This document shows, piece after piece, positions 39,680 to 48,626 of a stretch of DNA of 64,000 nt. The stretch's first letter is position 1. Every line of letters begins with the position of its first letter. Origin of the DNA: an uncultured Gammaproteobacteria bacterium (GTDB lineage Bacteria > Pseudomonadota > Gammaproteobacteria > Arenicellales > CAJQKF01). A program made the translations under genes and the position numbers. The notes under the pieces are model-generated. The model was not told where the DNA came from. It was given only the letters and a program-made list of their open reading frames with translations, and ran no database searches. The stretch is from assembly GCA_964350265.1 (NCBI GenBank), contig CAYGJZ010000001.1, forward strand, positions 33,944-97,943. Direction: 5' to 3'.

Positions 39680-40816
39680 ATGTTTCAACATCGAACGATT
39701 TCCCGGACCCTGAGCACCGCCGCTGCGGCGATGTTCGCGGTTGGTGTACCGGGAACCGCCCTCGCGGCGGACAAGGACTACGGCAATCCGGGGGAGCCGG
39801 TTGACCTGGTCATTGGTTACCAGCCGTACTACACCCAGTCCTGGTCCGGCGTGGTCATGCGCGGACAGGAACTGTGGAAGAAATACCTTCCGGAAGGTTC
39901 CAGCGTGGAATTCGCCATTGGCCTGCAAGGCGCCATCGTGGTGAACAACATGCTCGCCGGCAAGAACGACATCGGCTACATGGGCGACATGCCGGCCATC
40001 GTTGCCACCACCAAGGACGAGGTCGCCGACATTCGCATCGTCGCCACCCTCGGCACGGGCTGGGACATGTGCAACGTGTTCCTGGTGCGCAACGACGCAC
40101 CGGAATTCGCCGATGCACAGGAGGCCATGAAGTGGCTGGACGGCAAGATCGTCGCGGTGCCGCAGGGTAGCTGTACCGACCGCTTCGCCCGCGCCGTGTT
40201 CGAGAAGCTGTCCATCGAGCCGGAGGCCTACCTCAACCAGAACATCGAGGTCATCACCAGTGGCTTCCGCGTCGGCAAGCTGGACGCGGCGGTCATGTGG
40301 GAACCGACCACCTCGCGCCTGGTGGAAGAGGGCCTGGCCCGACGTGTTGCTTCCGGCGCCTCCGCCGATGAGAACGACGGTGGCTTCCTGGCCATGCGTG
40401 GCGACCTCATCAAGCAGCGCCCGGACGTGGTCAAGGGCTGGCTCGAGGCCGAGCTGGACGCGCAGCTTTTCCTCTCCGATCCGGCCAACTACATGGCGGT
40501 GGTGAAGATGGCGCAGGACCAGACCACCGGCTTCTCCGAGAAGATCCTGTGGAGCTCGCTGGCCGGTTCCTTCCCGGAATCCCAGGGTGGCGTGGAAGTG
40601 CGTGACTACAAGGAATACGCGATTACCCCGCGCGCCCAGGAGCTGCTGACCCGTGCGACCAAGTTCCTGCACTCGATCAAGAGCATCAAGTCGGACACCC
40701 TGCGTCCGGAAGCCGTGATGACCGAGTTCACCGAGGAGATCCTCAAGGAACGTGGCCTGACCGCGCCGATCGGCGAGATCAAGGCTCAGCCCGAGTCCGC
40801 CTACACCGGTAGCTGA
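39680..40816 (+). CDS. msmE: Sulfonate-type (NMT1/TauA-SsuA-like) ABC substrate-binding protein
   Basis: 378-aa ORF. AAGGAGG RBS, signal peptide ...GTALAA. First gene of a binding-permease-ATPase-permease set, the same order as msmEFGH. Confidence 0.75.
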   Translation: MFQHRTISRTLSTAAAAMFAVGVPGTALAADKDYGNPGEPVDLVIGYQPYYTQSWSGVVMRGQELWKKYLPEGSSVEFAIGLQGAIVVNNMLAGKNDIGYMGDMPAIVATTKDEVADIRIVATLGTGWDMCNVFLVRNDAPEFADAQEAMKWLDGKIVAVPQGSCTDRFARAVFEKLSIEPEAYLNQNIEVITSGFRVGKLDAAVMWEPTTSRLVEEGLARRVASGASADENDGGFLAMRGDLIKQRPDVVKGWLEAELDAQLFLSDPANYMAVVKMAQDQTTGFSEKILWSSLAGSFPESQGGVEVRDYKEYAITPRAQELLTRATKFLHSIKSIKSDTLRPEAVMTEFTEEILKERGLTAPIGEIKAQPESAYTGS

Positions 40817-40861
40817 TCGGCAGGTCATCGACGATCCGTCGTCGACGACCCGTCCGTGACT

Positions 40862-40897
40862 GCCTGGTTCATGCGCCAGCGCGCGCATGAACCAGGC
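40862..40897 (+). other. Intercistronic 15-bp perfect hairpin between msmE and msmF
   Basis: GCCTGGTTCATGCGC-CAGCGC-GCGCATGAACCAGGC, with no following T run. Confidence 0.6.
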
Positions 40898-41021
40898 AAC
40901 CGCTGCCCTGTAACCACGTCCGCGGCACCAGGGTCATCAACCACCGCGCCCTGCCGGGTCCGGTGACCAGGCCAGGACCCTGCCGCAAGTTCGATTCCAT
41001 GTCTGACATCCCAAGGAGTTT

Positions 41022-42398
41022 GTGCGCCATGCCGAGGAGTTTCGCGTGAACGAGGCGCTGGTATCGCTGCTCAAGGAAAGCATGCCCTTCCGGGTGGTTT
41101 CCGACGAGTTGCTCAATCGTATCGCCGCCATATCCCGGCGAACGACCTACGACCCCGGCGAGGTGATCTACCACGCCGACGAGCCATCCGACGATATCTA
41201 CATCGTTGTCGAGGGCCGCATCGAACATTCCCTGCCCAGCAACGTGGTCAGCCACAACCCGATCCGCGTGGTCGAGCGTGGCGACGTGTTCGGCTGGGCA
41301 TCCCTGCTGAAGAACCGGCCGGGGCGATTGGCGAAGACGACTTCGCTGGTCAAGTCGGAAGTACTGCGTATCGACGCGCAGCAACTCATGGCGGTGCTGG
41401 ACTCGGATCCGGCGACCGCAGATACCGTCATGAGCCGGTTCGCTACCATGATCAACAAGGATTTCGCCGTGTCCGGAGAAAACGCCCAACTCACCACGCC
41501 CAGTCAAACCGCGACGGGCGCCGACTCGAGAAGCAGTTCCGCTGGCGGCGCGCCCATCACGGGCACGGCGCTGACCATGTTCCGCTTCGCCCAGTGGCTG
41601 CGCAGCCCGCGTCCATACCTGATGCTGATCGGGTTCGCGCTGCTGTTCGGCTTCTGGTTCCTGACCACCGAGGTGTGGAAACTGCCGCGCTTCCGCGAGA
41701 TGCCCGGCCTCACCGAGGTCTGGCGAGAGTGGTTGTCGGAGAACCCCATCTACGGCCTGTCCGTCCACGTGCCCGAGTACTACACCCATATCTGGGTGAG
41801 CATCCGGCGGGTCATGATCGCCTTCGGCCTGGCCACCGTGCTCGGCGTGCCGCTGGGACTGTTCCTCGGCTGGTCGCAGAAGTTCAAGGAATACGTGTTC
41901 CCGGTGTTCGAGACGCTGCGTCCGATCCCGGTGCTGGCCTGGGTGCCGCTGGCCATCCTGATGTTCGCCGGGCTGGAAACCCCGGTCATCTTCCTGACCT
42001 TCCTGGCCTCGTTCTATGCCACTGCGCTGAACACCATGCTCGGCGTGCAGTCCATCGACGAGTCCTACAGTCGCGCCGCCTACTGTCTCGGCGCCAGCGA
42101 CGCACAGGTCTTCCGCCACATCGTCATTCCCGGCGCCATGCCGTTCATCTTCACCGGCCTGCAGATCTCCATCGGCGTGGCCTGGTTCTCGCTGGTGGCG
42201 GCGGAGATGGTCTCGGGACAGTACGGTCTTGGCTACGTCATCAACACTTCGTACACGATGGTTCGTTACCCGACCATCATCATCGGCATGATCACGCTCG
42301 GCGTCATCGGCTACGCCACCAGTGCCATGGTGCGCATGCTCGGCGACCACCTGATGCAGTGGCGTGTACGTGAACTCGCACTGGGAGAGCAGAATTGA
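41022..42398 (+). CDS. msmF: NitT/TauT-family ABC permease with N-terminal cNMP-binding-like domain
   Basis: 458-aa ORF (GTG 41022; the alternative GTG 41046 has better GAGGAG spacing). Residues 1 to about 150 are paralogous to the 36802 protein (GEVIYHADE..D.IYIVVEGRI...FGWASLLKNRPGRLAKTTSL). Residues 200-458 are a 6-TM BPD permease. Confidence 0.8.
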   Translation: MRHAEEFRVNEALVSLLKESMPFRVVSDELLNRIAAISRRTTYDPGEVIYHADEPSDDIYIVVEGRIEHSLPSNVVSHNPIRVVERGDVFGWASLLKNRPGRLAKTTSLVKSEVLRIDAQQLMAVLDSDPATADTVMSRFATMINKDFAVSGENAQLTTPSQTATGADSRSSSAGGAPITGTALTMFRFAQWLRSPRPYLMLIGFALLFGFWFLTTEVWKLPRFREMPGLTEVWREWLSENPIYGLSVHVPEYYTHIWVSIRRVMIAFGLATVLGVPLGLFLGWSQKFKEYVFPVFETLRPIPVLAWVPLAILMFAGLETPVIFLTFLASFYATALNTMLGVQSIDESYSRAAYCLGASDAQVFRHIVIPGAMPFIFTGLQISIGVAWFSLVAAEMVSGQYGLGYVINTSYTMVRYPTIIIGMITLGVIGYATSAMVRMLGDHLMQWRVRELALGEQN

Positions 42399-43270
42399 TT
42401 TCCGCGGTAGAAAACATGAAGGGCAACGGCGGTTCCGCACCGTTGTCCGCCAACGGCGGAGCCATCCGCATCGACGACGTGGTCAAGGTCTATGACCCGG
42501 ACGGCGCAGCGGTGATGGCGGTGGATCATTGCAGCCTGGACATCAAGGCCGGCGAGATCTGCATGATCGTTGGCCCGTCCGGCTGCGGCAAGACCACCTT
42601 GCTGAACGCCATTGCCGGCTTCCACGACATCACTTCCGGCAGCATCCACATGGATGGCGAACTGCTGTGCGGCCCCGGCAAGCCGATGGCCCAGCCCGGT
42701 TCCGACCGCATCGTGGTGTTCCAGAACGGCGCGCTGTTTCCCTGGCGCACCAACCTGGAGAACGTCATCTTCGGCCCGGTGATGCAGGGCAAGATGAGCA
42801 AGAAGGAGGCCATCGAGAAGGCCCGTGGCATGATGGCCGACGCCGGTCTCAACGACGTCGAGTACAACTACCCGGGCGAGATCTCCTCCGGCGTGCGTCG
42901 CCGCGTGGAAATCGTCCGCGCGTTGATGAACGATCCCAAGGTGCTGCTGTTCGACGAGCCCTACCGCGCCCTCGACTCGCTGACCAAGTCGGTCATGCAC
43001 GAGGCGTTGCTGGAGATCTACTACCGCAACCCGGTGACCATCTTCTTCATCACCCACGACCTGGAAGAGGCGTTGTTCGTCGGCCACAAGGTGGCCATCA
43101 TGACCACCCGCCCGTGCAAGCCGAAGAAGATTCTCGACGTCGACATTCCGCATCCGCGGGACTACGGCGTGTTGACCAGCAAGCGATTCCGCGAGCTGAT
43201 GGAAGAAACCGTTGATGCCGTGCACGAGGAGGCCCTGAAGGCCTTCGATCGCGGCGAGAAGGAGGGCTGA
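42395..43270 (+). CDS. msmG: ABC ATPase with non-canonical signature motif
   Basis: 291-aa ORF (TTG overlapping the msmF stop; alternative ATG 42416). Walker A GPSGCGKTT, signature position reads ISSGVRRR, Walker B LLFDEP, H-loop ITHD. Confidence 0.85.
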   Translation: MISAVENMKGNGGSAPLSANGGAIRIDDVVKVYDPDGAAVMAVDHCSLDIKAGEICMIVGPSGCGKTTLLNAIAGFHDITSGSIHMDGELLCGPGKPMAQPGSDRIVVFQNGALFPWRTNLENVIFGPVMQGKMSKKEAIEKARGMMADAGLNDVEYNYPGEISSGVRRRVEIVRALMNDPKVLLFDEPYRALDSLTKSVMHEALLEIYYRNPVTIFFITHDLEEALFVGHKVAIMTTRPCKPKKILDVDIPHPRDYGVLTSKRFRELMEETVDAVHEEALKAFDRGEKEG

Positions 43271-43273
43271 TCG

Positions 43274-44107
43274 ATGGCCACAGCCACCAAGCGCGCTGGT
43301 CGCAAACTGCCGCTGCGCTCGATGCGTCGCGGCGTCATTTCCATCATCGTCTTCCTGGTCCTGTGGGAGATCGGTTCAAGCTTCGGCGAGTGGTTCGGCA
43401 TCCAGCTGCCGTGGATCGGGCGCATTCCCCCGCCCACCGACGTGCTGGTTTCCTGGAAGGGCCTGCTCACCGACCAGGGCTACTGGTACAGCTGGTACCA
43501 GACCTACCTGCGGGTGTTCGCCGGCTTCCTCGCCGCCATGGTGGTGGGGATACCCTTCGGACTGGCCATGGCGGTGAGCCGCACGGCCTACGGCATCCTG
43601 TTCCCGCCCTTCGAGGTGCTGCGTCCGATCCCGCCGCTGGCCTGGGTGCCGGCCGCGATCATCTTCTGGCCCACCCAGGAGCTGTCGATCGCCTTCGTGA
43701 CCTTCCTTGGCGCCTTCTACACCATCGTCATCAACGTGCTCGGCGGAGCCCGCTCCATCGACGTCCGCTACTTCCAGGCGGCGCAGTCCATGGGTGCCAA
43801 TTCCTGGAACGTGTTCCGGCGCATCATCCTGCCCGGCACGCTGCCCTCGATCTTCGTCGGCGCGGCGGTGGGCATGGGCATCACCTGGGAAGTGGTGGTG
43901 GCCGCGGAGATGATCTCCGGTGGCGGCGGCGCCATCCAGGGCGGTTCCGGTGGTGGCCTGGGCTTCTTCATCTGGAACTCCTACGTTGGCGGCTCGGATA
44001 CGCAGATCGTGGTCGGCATGATCAGTATCGGCATCGCCGGCTACATCTCCAGCGAGCTGATCCGTTGGCTCGGCACGTTTGCCACGCCGTGGCTGCGTCA
44101 ACGATGA
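43274..44107 (+). CDS. msmH: NitT/TauT-family ABC permease (second TMD)
   Basis: 277-aa ORF. The BPD-transporter permease core is paralogous to the MsmF C-terminal half (LRPIPPLAWVPAAIIFWP...). Confidence 0.85.
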   Translation: MATATKRAGRKLPLRSMRRGVISIIVFLVLWEIGSSFGEWFGIQLPWIGRIPPPTDVLVSWKGLLTDQGYWYSWYQTYLRVFAGFLAAMVVGIPFGLAMAVSRTAYGILFPPFEVLRPIPPLAWVPAAIIFWPTQELSIAFVTFLGAFYTIVINVLGGARSIDVRYFQAAQSMGANSWNVFRRIILPGTLPSIFVGAAVGMGITWEVVVAAEMISGGGGAIQGGSGGGLGFFIWNSYVGGSDTQIVVGMISIGIAGYISSELIRWLGTFATPWLRQR

Positions 44108-44151
44108 GCCCCACCAAGGCCGCTTAACGAACTTCAAGAGATAGCATAGTC

Positions 44152-45078
44152 ATGGCGATTCAATCCTCCGCCCGGCAGGCAGCAGCCTCCGGCGGCAAAC
44201 TCGGCTCCGACATCGCCCCGGGCGAGATCAAGGTCGAGAACGTTTCCAAGTCCTATGGCACCGGTCCGGTGGCGCGCGAAGTCGTGCGCGACTGTTCCTT
44301 CGTCATCGAGCGCGGCAAGCTCAACGTGATGATCGGCCCCTCCGGCTGCGGCAAGAGCACGCTGATCCGCCTGATCGCCGGCTTCCAGCGGCCCAACAAG
44401 GGCAGCGTGACGCTGGACGGCAAGCCGATCACCGAGCCCTCCCGCGACCGGCTGGTGGTGTTCCAGGAGACCGCGCTGTTCCCCTGGATGACCACCTGGG
44501 AGAACATCGTCTACGGGCCCAAGGCACGTGGCACGTTCAACCGCGAGACCCGCGAGCGGGCAGAGTTCCTGCTCGACAAGGTGGGCCTGGTGCAGTTCCG
44601 CGAGAAGTATCCCACCCAGTTGTCCGGTGGCATGCAGCGTCGCGCCGAACTGGCCCGGGCGATGATCAACAATCCCCAGGTGATGATCCTCGACGAGCCG
44701 TTCCGCGGCCTCGACTCGATGACCAAGGAACTGATGTGGGAGTACTACGCCTCGCTGTTCGAGGAGTCCGGCCGCACCAACTTCTTCGTCACCACCGACA
44801 TCGACGAAGCGGTGTTCCTGGCCGACCGCATGATCATCATGACCAACATCCCCACCCGCGTGCGCGCGGTGCTCGACATCGACCTGCCGCGACCGCGCAA
44901 GCTGTCCGACATGATCGAGGACGACCGCGCCAACGAGGTGAAGATGAAGGCACTGGCGATCCTCCACGAGGAGGCGATGAAGTCGTTCAGCGGCGGCAGC
45001 GCCGCGGCTTCGGACTTCGTCGAGGCCTACTCCCGCCGGGTCGGCAAGCGCAACCGGTCCGACGGCGACGACGGCTGA
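44152..45078 (+). CDS. Second ABC ATPase (canonical signature, H-loop His replaced)
   Basis: 308-aa ORF. Walker A GPSGCGKST, signature LSGGMQRR, Walker B ILDEPF, but the H-loop position reads VTTD instead of THD. Confidence 0.85.
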   Translation: MAIQSSARQAAASGGKLGSDIAPGEIKVENVSKSYGTGPVAREVVRDCSFVIERGKLNVMIGPSGCGKSTLIRLIAGFQRPNKGSVTLDGKPITEPSRDRLVVFQETALFPWMTTWENIVYGPKARGTFNRETRERAEFLLDKVGLVQFREKYPTQLSGGMQRRAELARAMINNPQVMILDEPFRGLDSMTKELMWEYYASLFEESGRTNFFVTTDIDEAVFLADRMIIMTNIPTRVRAVLDIDLPRPRKLSDMIEDDRANEVKMKALAILHEEAMKSFSGGSAAASDFVEAYSRRVGKRNRSDGDDG

Positions 45079-45281
45079 TGCCCGACTGGCTGGTATCGCG
45101 CGCCACCGTCATCACCCTGGCGGTGATCGGCGGGGTGATCTCGCTGGTGGTGTCGCAGCTGCATGGTCGTGGCCGCATCGACGACGCCCAGGCGAAGAAG
45201 TTCAACCGCGTCGGCTACGGCTTCATGTGGGCCAGCATCGCGCTGTTCATCTACGCCGGCTTCCGCGCCGGCTACCAGTAG
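45078..45281 (+). CDS. Small two-TM membrane protein
   Basis: 67 aa, MPDWLVSRATVITLAVIGGVISLVV...FMWASIALFIYAGF. The ATG overlaps the ATPase stop (TGATG), implying translational coupling to the transporter operon. Confidence 0.55.
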   Translation: MPDWLVSRATVITLAVIGGVISLVVSQLHGRGRIDDAQAKKFNRVGYGFMWASIALFIYAGFRAGYQ

Positions 45282-45320
45282 GCTTCCCCGCGCCGCGCCC
45301 GCCGCGGCCAGTCGCAGGAC

Positions 45321-45352
45321 AAAAAAACGGGCCCGGTTTGTAGCCGGGCCCG
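45321..45352 (-). terminator. Rho-independent terminator of the sulfite dehydrogenase operon
   Basis: CGGGCCCGG-N7-CCGGGCCCG. Read on the minus strand it is followed by TTTTTTT (the A run at 45321-45327 on the plus strand). Confidence 0.75.
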
Positions 45353-45418
45353 GCGTTCATCGCTCAAGGAGGAGTATCCGTTACCCCGTGGTCTGCGCCC
45401 CGTGGGTCATCGCCTGCT

Positions 45419-46042
45419 TCAGCCTGCGTGGTCGCCGTCGGCAACGGTGCCGATGGGCTTGCAGTCCGACATGCAGCGTTCTGCGCTGGCGTCCGGGCGG
45501 TCGTCGTTGATGAAGGCATCCTTGTTCGGCATCTCGATGGCCGGCATGGTCTCCGCGTTCATGGTGAAGTCCTCGGCCACCAACCCGTTCAGGTGGTAGA
45601 TGTAGGCGGACACCGCGTAGACCTCGTCGTTGGTCAGCGAGTATGGCCGGTCCATCGGCATGGCACGACGCACGTAGTCGAAGATGATCGGCGCATAGGG
45701 ATACATGCTGCCGGGCGTCAGCTTGCGCGGACGCTCGGTCATGCTGCCGATGCCACCGACCATGCTGCCGTACACAGGCCCGCCGCCGGCATCGGCGCCG
45801 TGGCAGGCCAGGCACTTGGCCTCGTACACCGCCTTGCCCTCGGCCACCGTGCCCTGTCCTTCGGGCAGGCCGACACCGGTGGGTGCCTGGATCTCGATGT
45901 CCCACAGGGCGAGGTCGCTCTCGGCGATGTCCGAGCCGAAGGCAGCGCCTTCCGGACGTTCACCGAAGTCGGCCTGTACCGCGCCGACGAGGGCGAAGGA
46001 CAGCGTTGCCGCGATGGCGGCATGCAGTTTACGCGATGGCAT
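45419..46042 (-). CDS. Monohaem cytochrome c subunit of sulfite dehydrogenase (SorB/SoxD-like)
   Basis: 207-aa ORF with signal peptide and a single CLACH haem motif. Start overlaps the molybdoprotein gene by 14 nt. Confidence 0.75.
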   Translation of the reverse strand: MPSRKLHAAIAATLSFALVGAVQADFGERPEGAAFGSDIAESDLALWDIEIQAPTGVGLPEGQGTVAEGKAVYEAKCLACHGADAGGGPVYGSMVGGIGSMTERPRKLTPGSMYPYAPIIFDYVRRAMPMDRPYSLTNDEVYAVSAYIYHLNGLVAEDFTMNAETMPAIEMPNKDAFINDDRPDASAERCMSDCKPIGTVADGDHAG

Positions 46043-47387
46043 TTTTCACCTCCCCACTTTCGGAAACGGACCAGGGGAAGACACCGTTGTGGTGCTGCAC
46101 GAAGCCGACGATCTCGCGCTTGCGCGCCAGGTCTTCCACCGTGGGCTGCACGTAGCCGGTGTCGTCCATGGCGCGGCTGGCGATCTTCGCCGGGCTGCCG
46201 TCCCACTGCCAGTTGTAGCGGAAGCGGGTCAGGCACTTGTCCATCACCGGTCCTTCCACCGTGGCCTCGCGCCAGGTCTTGCCGCCGTCGAAGGTCACGT
46301 CCACCGCCTTGATCTTGCCAAGCCCCGACCAGGCAAAGCCCTGCACCTCGTAGAGGCCGGGGCCGGCCATGTTCATGCCGCCGGAGGGGTTGGTGATCAC
46401 CGACTTGCATTCCATCTCCATGCTGAACTGGCGCCACTTGCCGTCCGGCATCGGGTCGGTGTAGCGGGCGGTCTCGCCGCGCACGTGGGCCGGCTGGTCC
46501 ACCACCTTGATGCGGCGCAGCCACTTCACGTTGGTGTTGCCTTCCCAGCCGGGGATGATGGCGCGCAGCGGGTAGCCCTGCTCGGCACGCAGCATCTCGC
46601 CGTTCTGGCCATAGGCCAGCAGCACGTCGTCCATGATCTTCTCGATGGGAATCGAGCGCAGGTGGCCGGAGCCGTCACCGCCCTCGAGCATCACCCACTT
46701 GCCTTCCGCCTTCACACCGGCCTCGTCCAGCAGCCAGGCCAGCGGAATGCCGGTCCACTGTCCGCAGGACAACAGGCCGTGGCTCTGCTGCACGGTGGTC
46801 GCCTTCGGCTCGCGCCAGTCGGTGAGCGTGTTGCCCGAGCACTCCAGGAAGTGGAAGCGTGATACCGACGGGTAGCGCATCAGGTCGTTCATGGTGAACA
46901 CCAGCGGCCGCTCCACCAGTCCGTGGATGACCAGCCTGTGCTGCTCCGGGTCGATCTGTGCAACGCCGTTGTGGTGACGTTCGAAGAACAGCCCGTTCGG
47001 CGTCACGATGCCGATCTGGTGCTGCAGCGGCGTCATGCTCCAGTCGGAGAAGTTCTGCTTGTTGACGAAGACATCCGTACGGCGCCGCTTGACGTGATCC
47101 TCGTACTGGATCGGCATGCCGTAATCCGTTTCGGGAATCGGCCGTCCCATGGTCTTGTTGCTCTCCGGCACCGCCAGTGGCTCGGCGCGCGCGGCGGATA
47201 TGCCCGCGCCTGAGGCCATGGCAACACCTGCCATGGAAAGACCGGATTGCAGGAACCGGCGACGTTCGCCGGCGGAAGGTGCCCTGGAGGGCTGCGTGCT
47301 CAGCGTTCGGTCGTTCGGCGCATCGGCCGAACCCGAACCGCCCGCCTCCCCGCTGCTGCGGGTACGGACTTTCTTGGTAGTCATCAA
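46029..47387 (-). CDS. SoxC/SorA-family molybdopterin sulfite dehydrogenase
   Basis: 452-aa ORF. Tat signal ERRRFLQSG. Sulfite-oxidase-fold motifs HFLECSGN, GWEGNTNVKWL and a C-terminal dimerisation domain. Confidence 0.85.
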   Translation of the reverse strand: MMTTKKVRTRSSGEAGGSGSADAPNDRTLSTQPSRAPSAGERRRFLQSGLSMAGVAMASGAGISAARAEPLAVPESNKTMGRPIPETDYGMPIQYEDHVKRRRTDVFVNKQNFSDWSMTPLQHQIGIVTPNGLFFERHHNGVAQIDPEQHRLVIHGLVERPLVFTMNDLMRYPSVSRFHFLECSGNTLTDWREPKATTVQQSHGLLSCGQWTGIPLAWLLDEAGVKAEGKWVMLEGGDGSGHLRSIPIEKIMDDVLLAYGQNGEMLRAEQGYPLRAIIPGWEGNTNVKWLRRIKVVDQPAHVRGETARYTDPMPDGKWRQFSMEMECKSVITNPSGGMNMAGPGLYEVQGFAWSGLGKIKAVDVTFDGGKTWREATVEGPVMDKCLTRFRYNWQWDGSPAKIASRAMDDTGYVQPTVEDLARKREIVGFVQHHNGVFPWSVSESGEVKNAIA

Positions 47388-47495
47388 TTGCTCCTCCGAC
47401 AGTGATCTATCGGTTTATCGTGATTGGCTATGATGCCGTTGTCTGTTGCTTGCCGTTTCTCCTCGCGGTTTCAGGTGGGAATAGTGCTCATGCAA

Positions 47496-47577
47496 GAATA
47501 GAAACGCGCTTGGCAAACTGCAAAGTGATCTCGCTTATCGGATGATAGGCAGCGGCTTGCTTGACAGCGATGGAGCC
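47496..47577 (-). promoter_or_regulatory. Conserved MSA-island promoter/operator element, copy 2 (upstream of the sulfite dehydrogenase operon)
   Basis: The minus strand reads GGCTCCATCG...GCCTATCATCCGATAAGCGAGATCACTTTGCAG-N-CTATTC. The -10-like box is about 110 nt before the ATG at 47387. Confidence 0.6.
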
Positions 47578-47655
47578 CTCGCGCCATGGTGCACCGTTGC
47601 CAACCCACATGGTCCCGTCCTTGTCCGCCGCCCGTTCCCGTCTTCTGCCTGGTGT

Positions 47656-48618
47656 ATGCCCCATCGGCCACGTGGTGGCCGTGATGGTCGACGGTTGAGC
47701 GCGCCCGTATCGCCGCGGCGACGGCTGGCCGCGGCCAGCGCGGTGGTGCTCGGCGCGGTGGCCACCGCCGCCAACCCGGTGTTCGTGCGGATCAGTGACG
47801 TCGGCCTGGTGGCCTCGGCCTTTCACCGCATGTTCTGGGCCATCCCGGTGCTGGCGCTGTGGGCCTGGCTGGCGCGGCGCCGGGAATCCGCGCCACGCGG
47901 TCTCGGCACACGCGACGCGGTGCTGCTGCTGGCCTGCGGTGCCTTCTTCGCCGGCGACCTGGTGGCGCTGCATACCTCCATCTCGCTGACCTATGCCGCC
48001 AATGCCATCCTGTTCCTCAATGCCCAGCCCATCTACGTGGTGCTGGCCGGCTGGCTGCTGTTCGGCATCGTGGTCACCCGGCGCTTCGTGCTGGCGGCGG
48101 CGGTGGCCATGGCCGGGGCGGTATTGCTGGTGGGGCAGGGCGCACGGTTCGGTGGCGAACACCTGCTCGGCGACGGCCTCGGCGTGGTCGCCGGGCTGTG
48201 CTATGCCGGCTACATCCTCGCCGCCGCCTACCTGCGCAACGGTCGTGGCAGTGCGGTGATCAACCTGTGGACCTGCGTGGTCGGCGCGCCCATCCTGCTG
48301 GTGGCGGCGCTGGTTGCCGGCCAGGACATCCTGCCGCCCAGCGGGCGCGACCTGGCATTGATGATTGCGCTCGGCGTGGTCTCGCAGGCACTCGGCCAGG
48401 GCTTGATCGTGTGGGGCCTGGCCTACCTGCCGTCGAGTTTCTCCTCGGTGGCGTTGATGGTCGCCCCGGTGGCCGCCGCCGGTTTTGCCTGGCTGCTGCT
48501 GGACGAGGCCATGAGCGCACTGCAACTGCTGGCCATGGGCATCGTCCTGGCCGGTGTCTACGGTGCCTGGCGGGCCAGCTTCGCGGTCAAGCGCAGGCTC
48601 GAGGCGGCGGCGACGTGA
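47656..48618 (+). CDS. DMT-superfamily (EamA-like) transporter
   Basis: About 320 aa from MPHRPRGG within ORF 47542..48618 (start uncertain). Ten predicted TM segments and two EamA repeats. Confidence 0.7.
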   Translation: MPHRPRGGRDGRRLSAPVSPRRRLAAASAVVLGAVATAANPVFVRISDVGLVASAFHRMFWAIPVLALWAWLARRRESAPRGLGTRDAVLLLACGAFFAGDLVALHTSISLTYAANAILFLNAQPIYVVLAGWLLFGIVVTRRFVLAAAVAMAGAVLLVGQGARFGGEHLLGDGLGVVAGLCYAGYILAAAYLRNGRGSAVINLWTCVVGAPILLVAALVAGQDILPPSGRDLALMIALGVVSQALGQGLIVWGLAYLPSSFSSVALMVAPVAAAGFAWLLLDEAMSALQLLAMGIVLAGVYGAWRASFAVKRRLEAAAT

Positions 48619-48626
48619 ATGCCTTC

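Noticed and set aside
47496-47577. Reading the shared element as a sigma54 (-24/-12) promoter; for example TGGCAAACTGCA appears on the plus strand near 47511.
   Set aside because: The GG and GC dinucleotides are not spaced GG-N10-GC in any copy, and no sigma54-type activator gene is present. The conserved TTGAC-N17-CTAYTC arrangement fits a sigma70-type promoter better.
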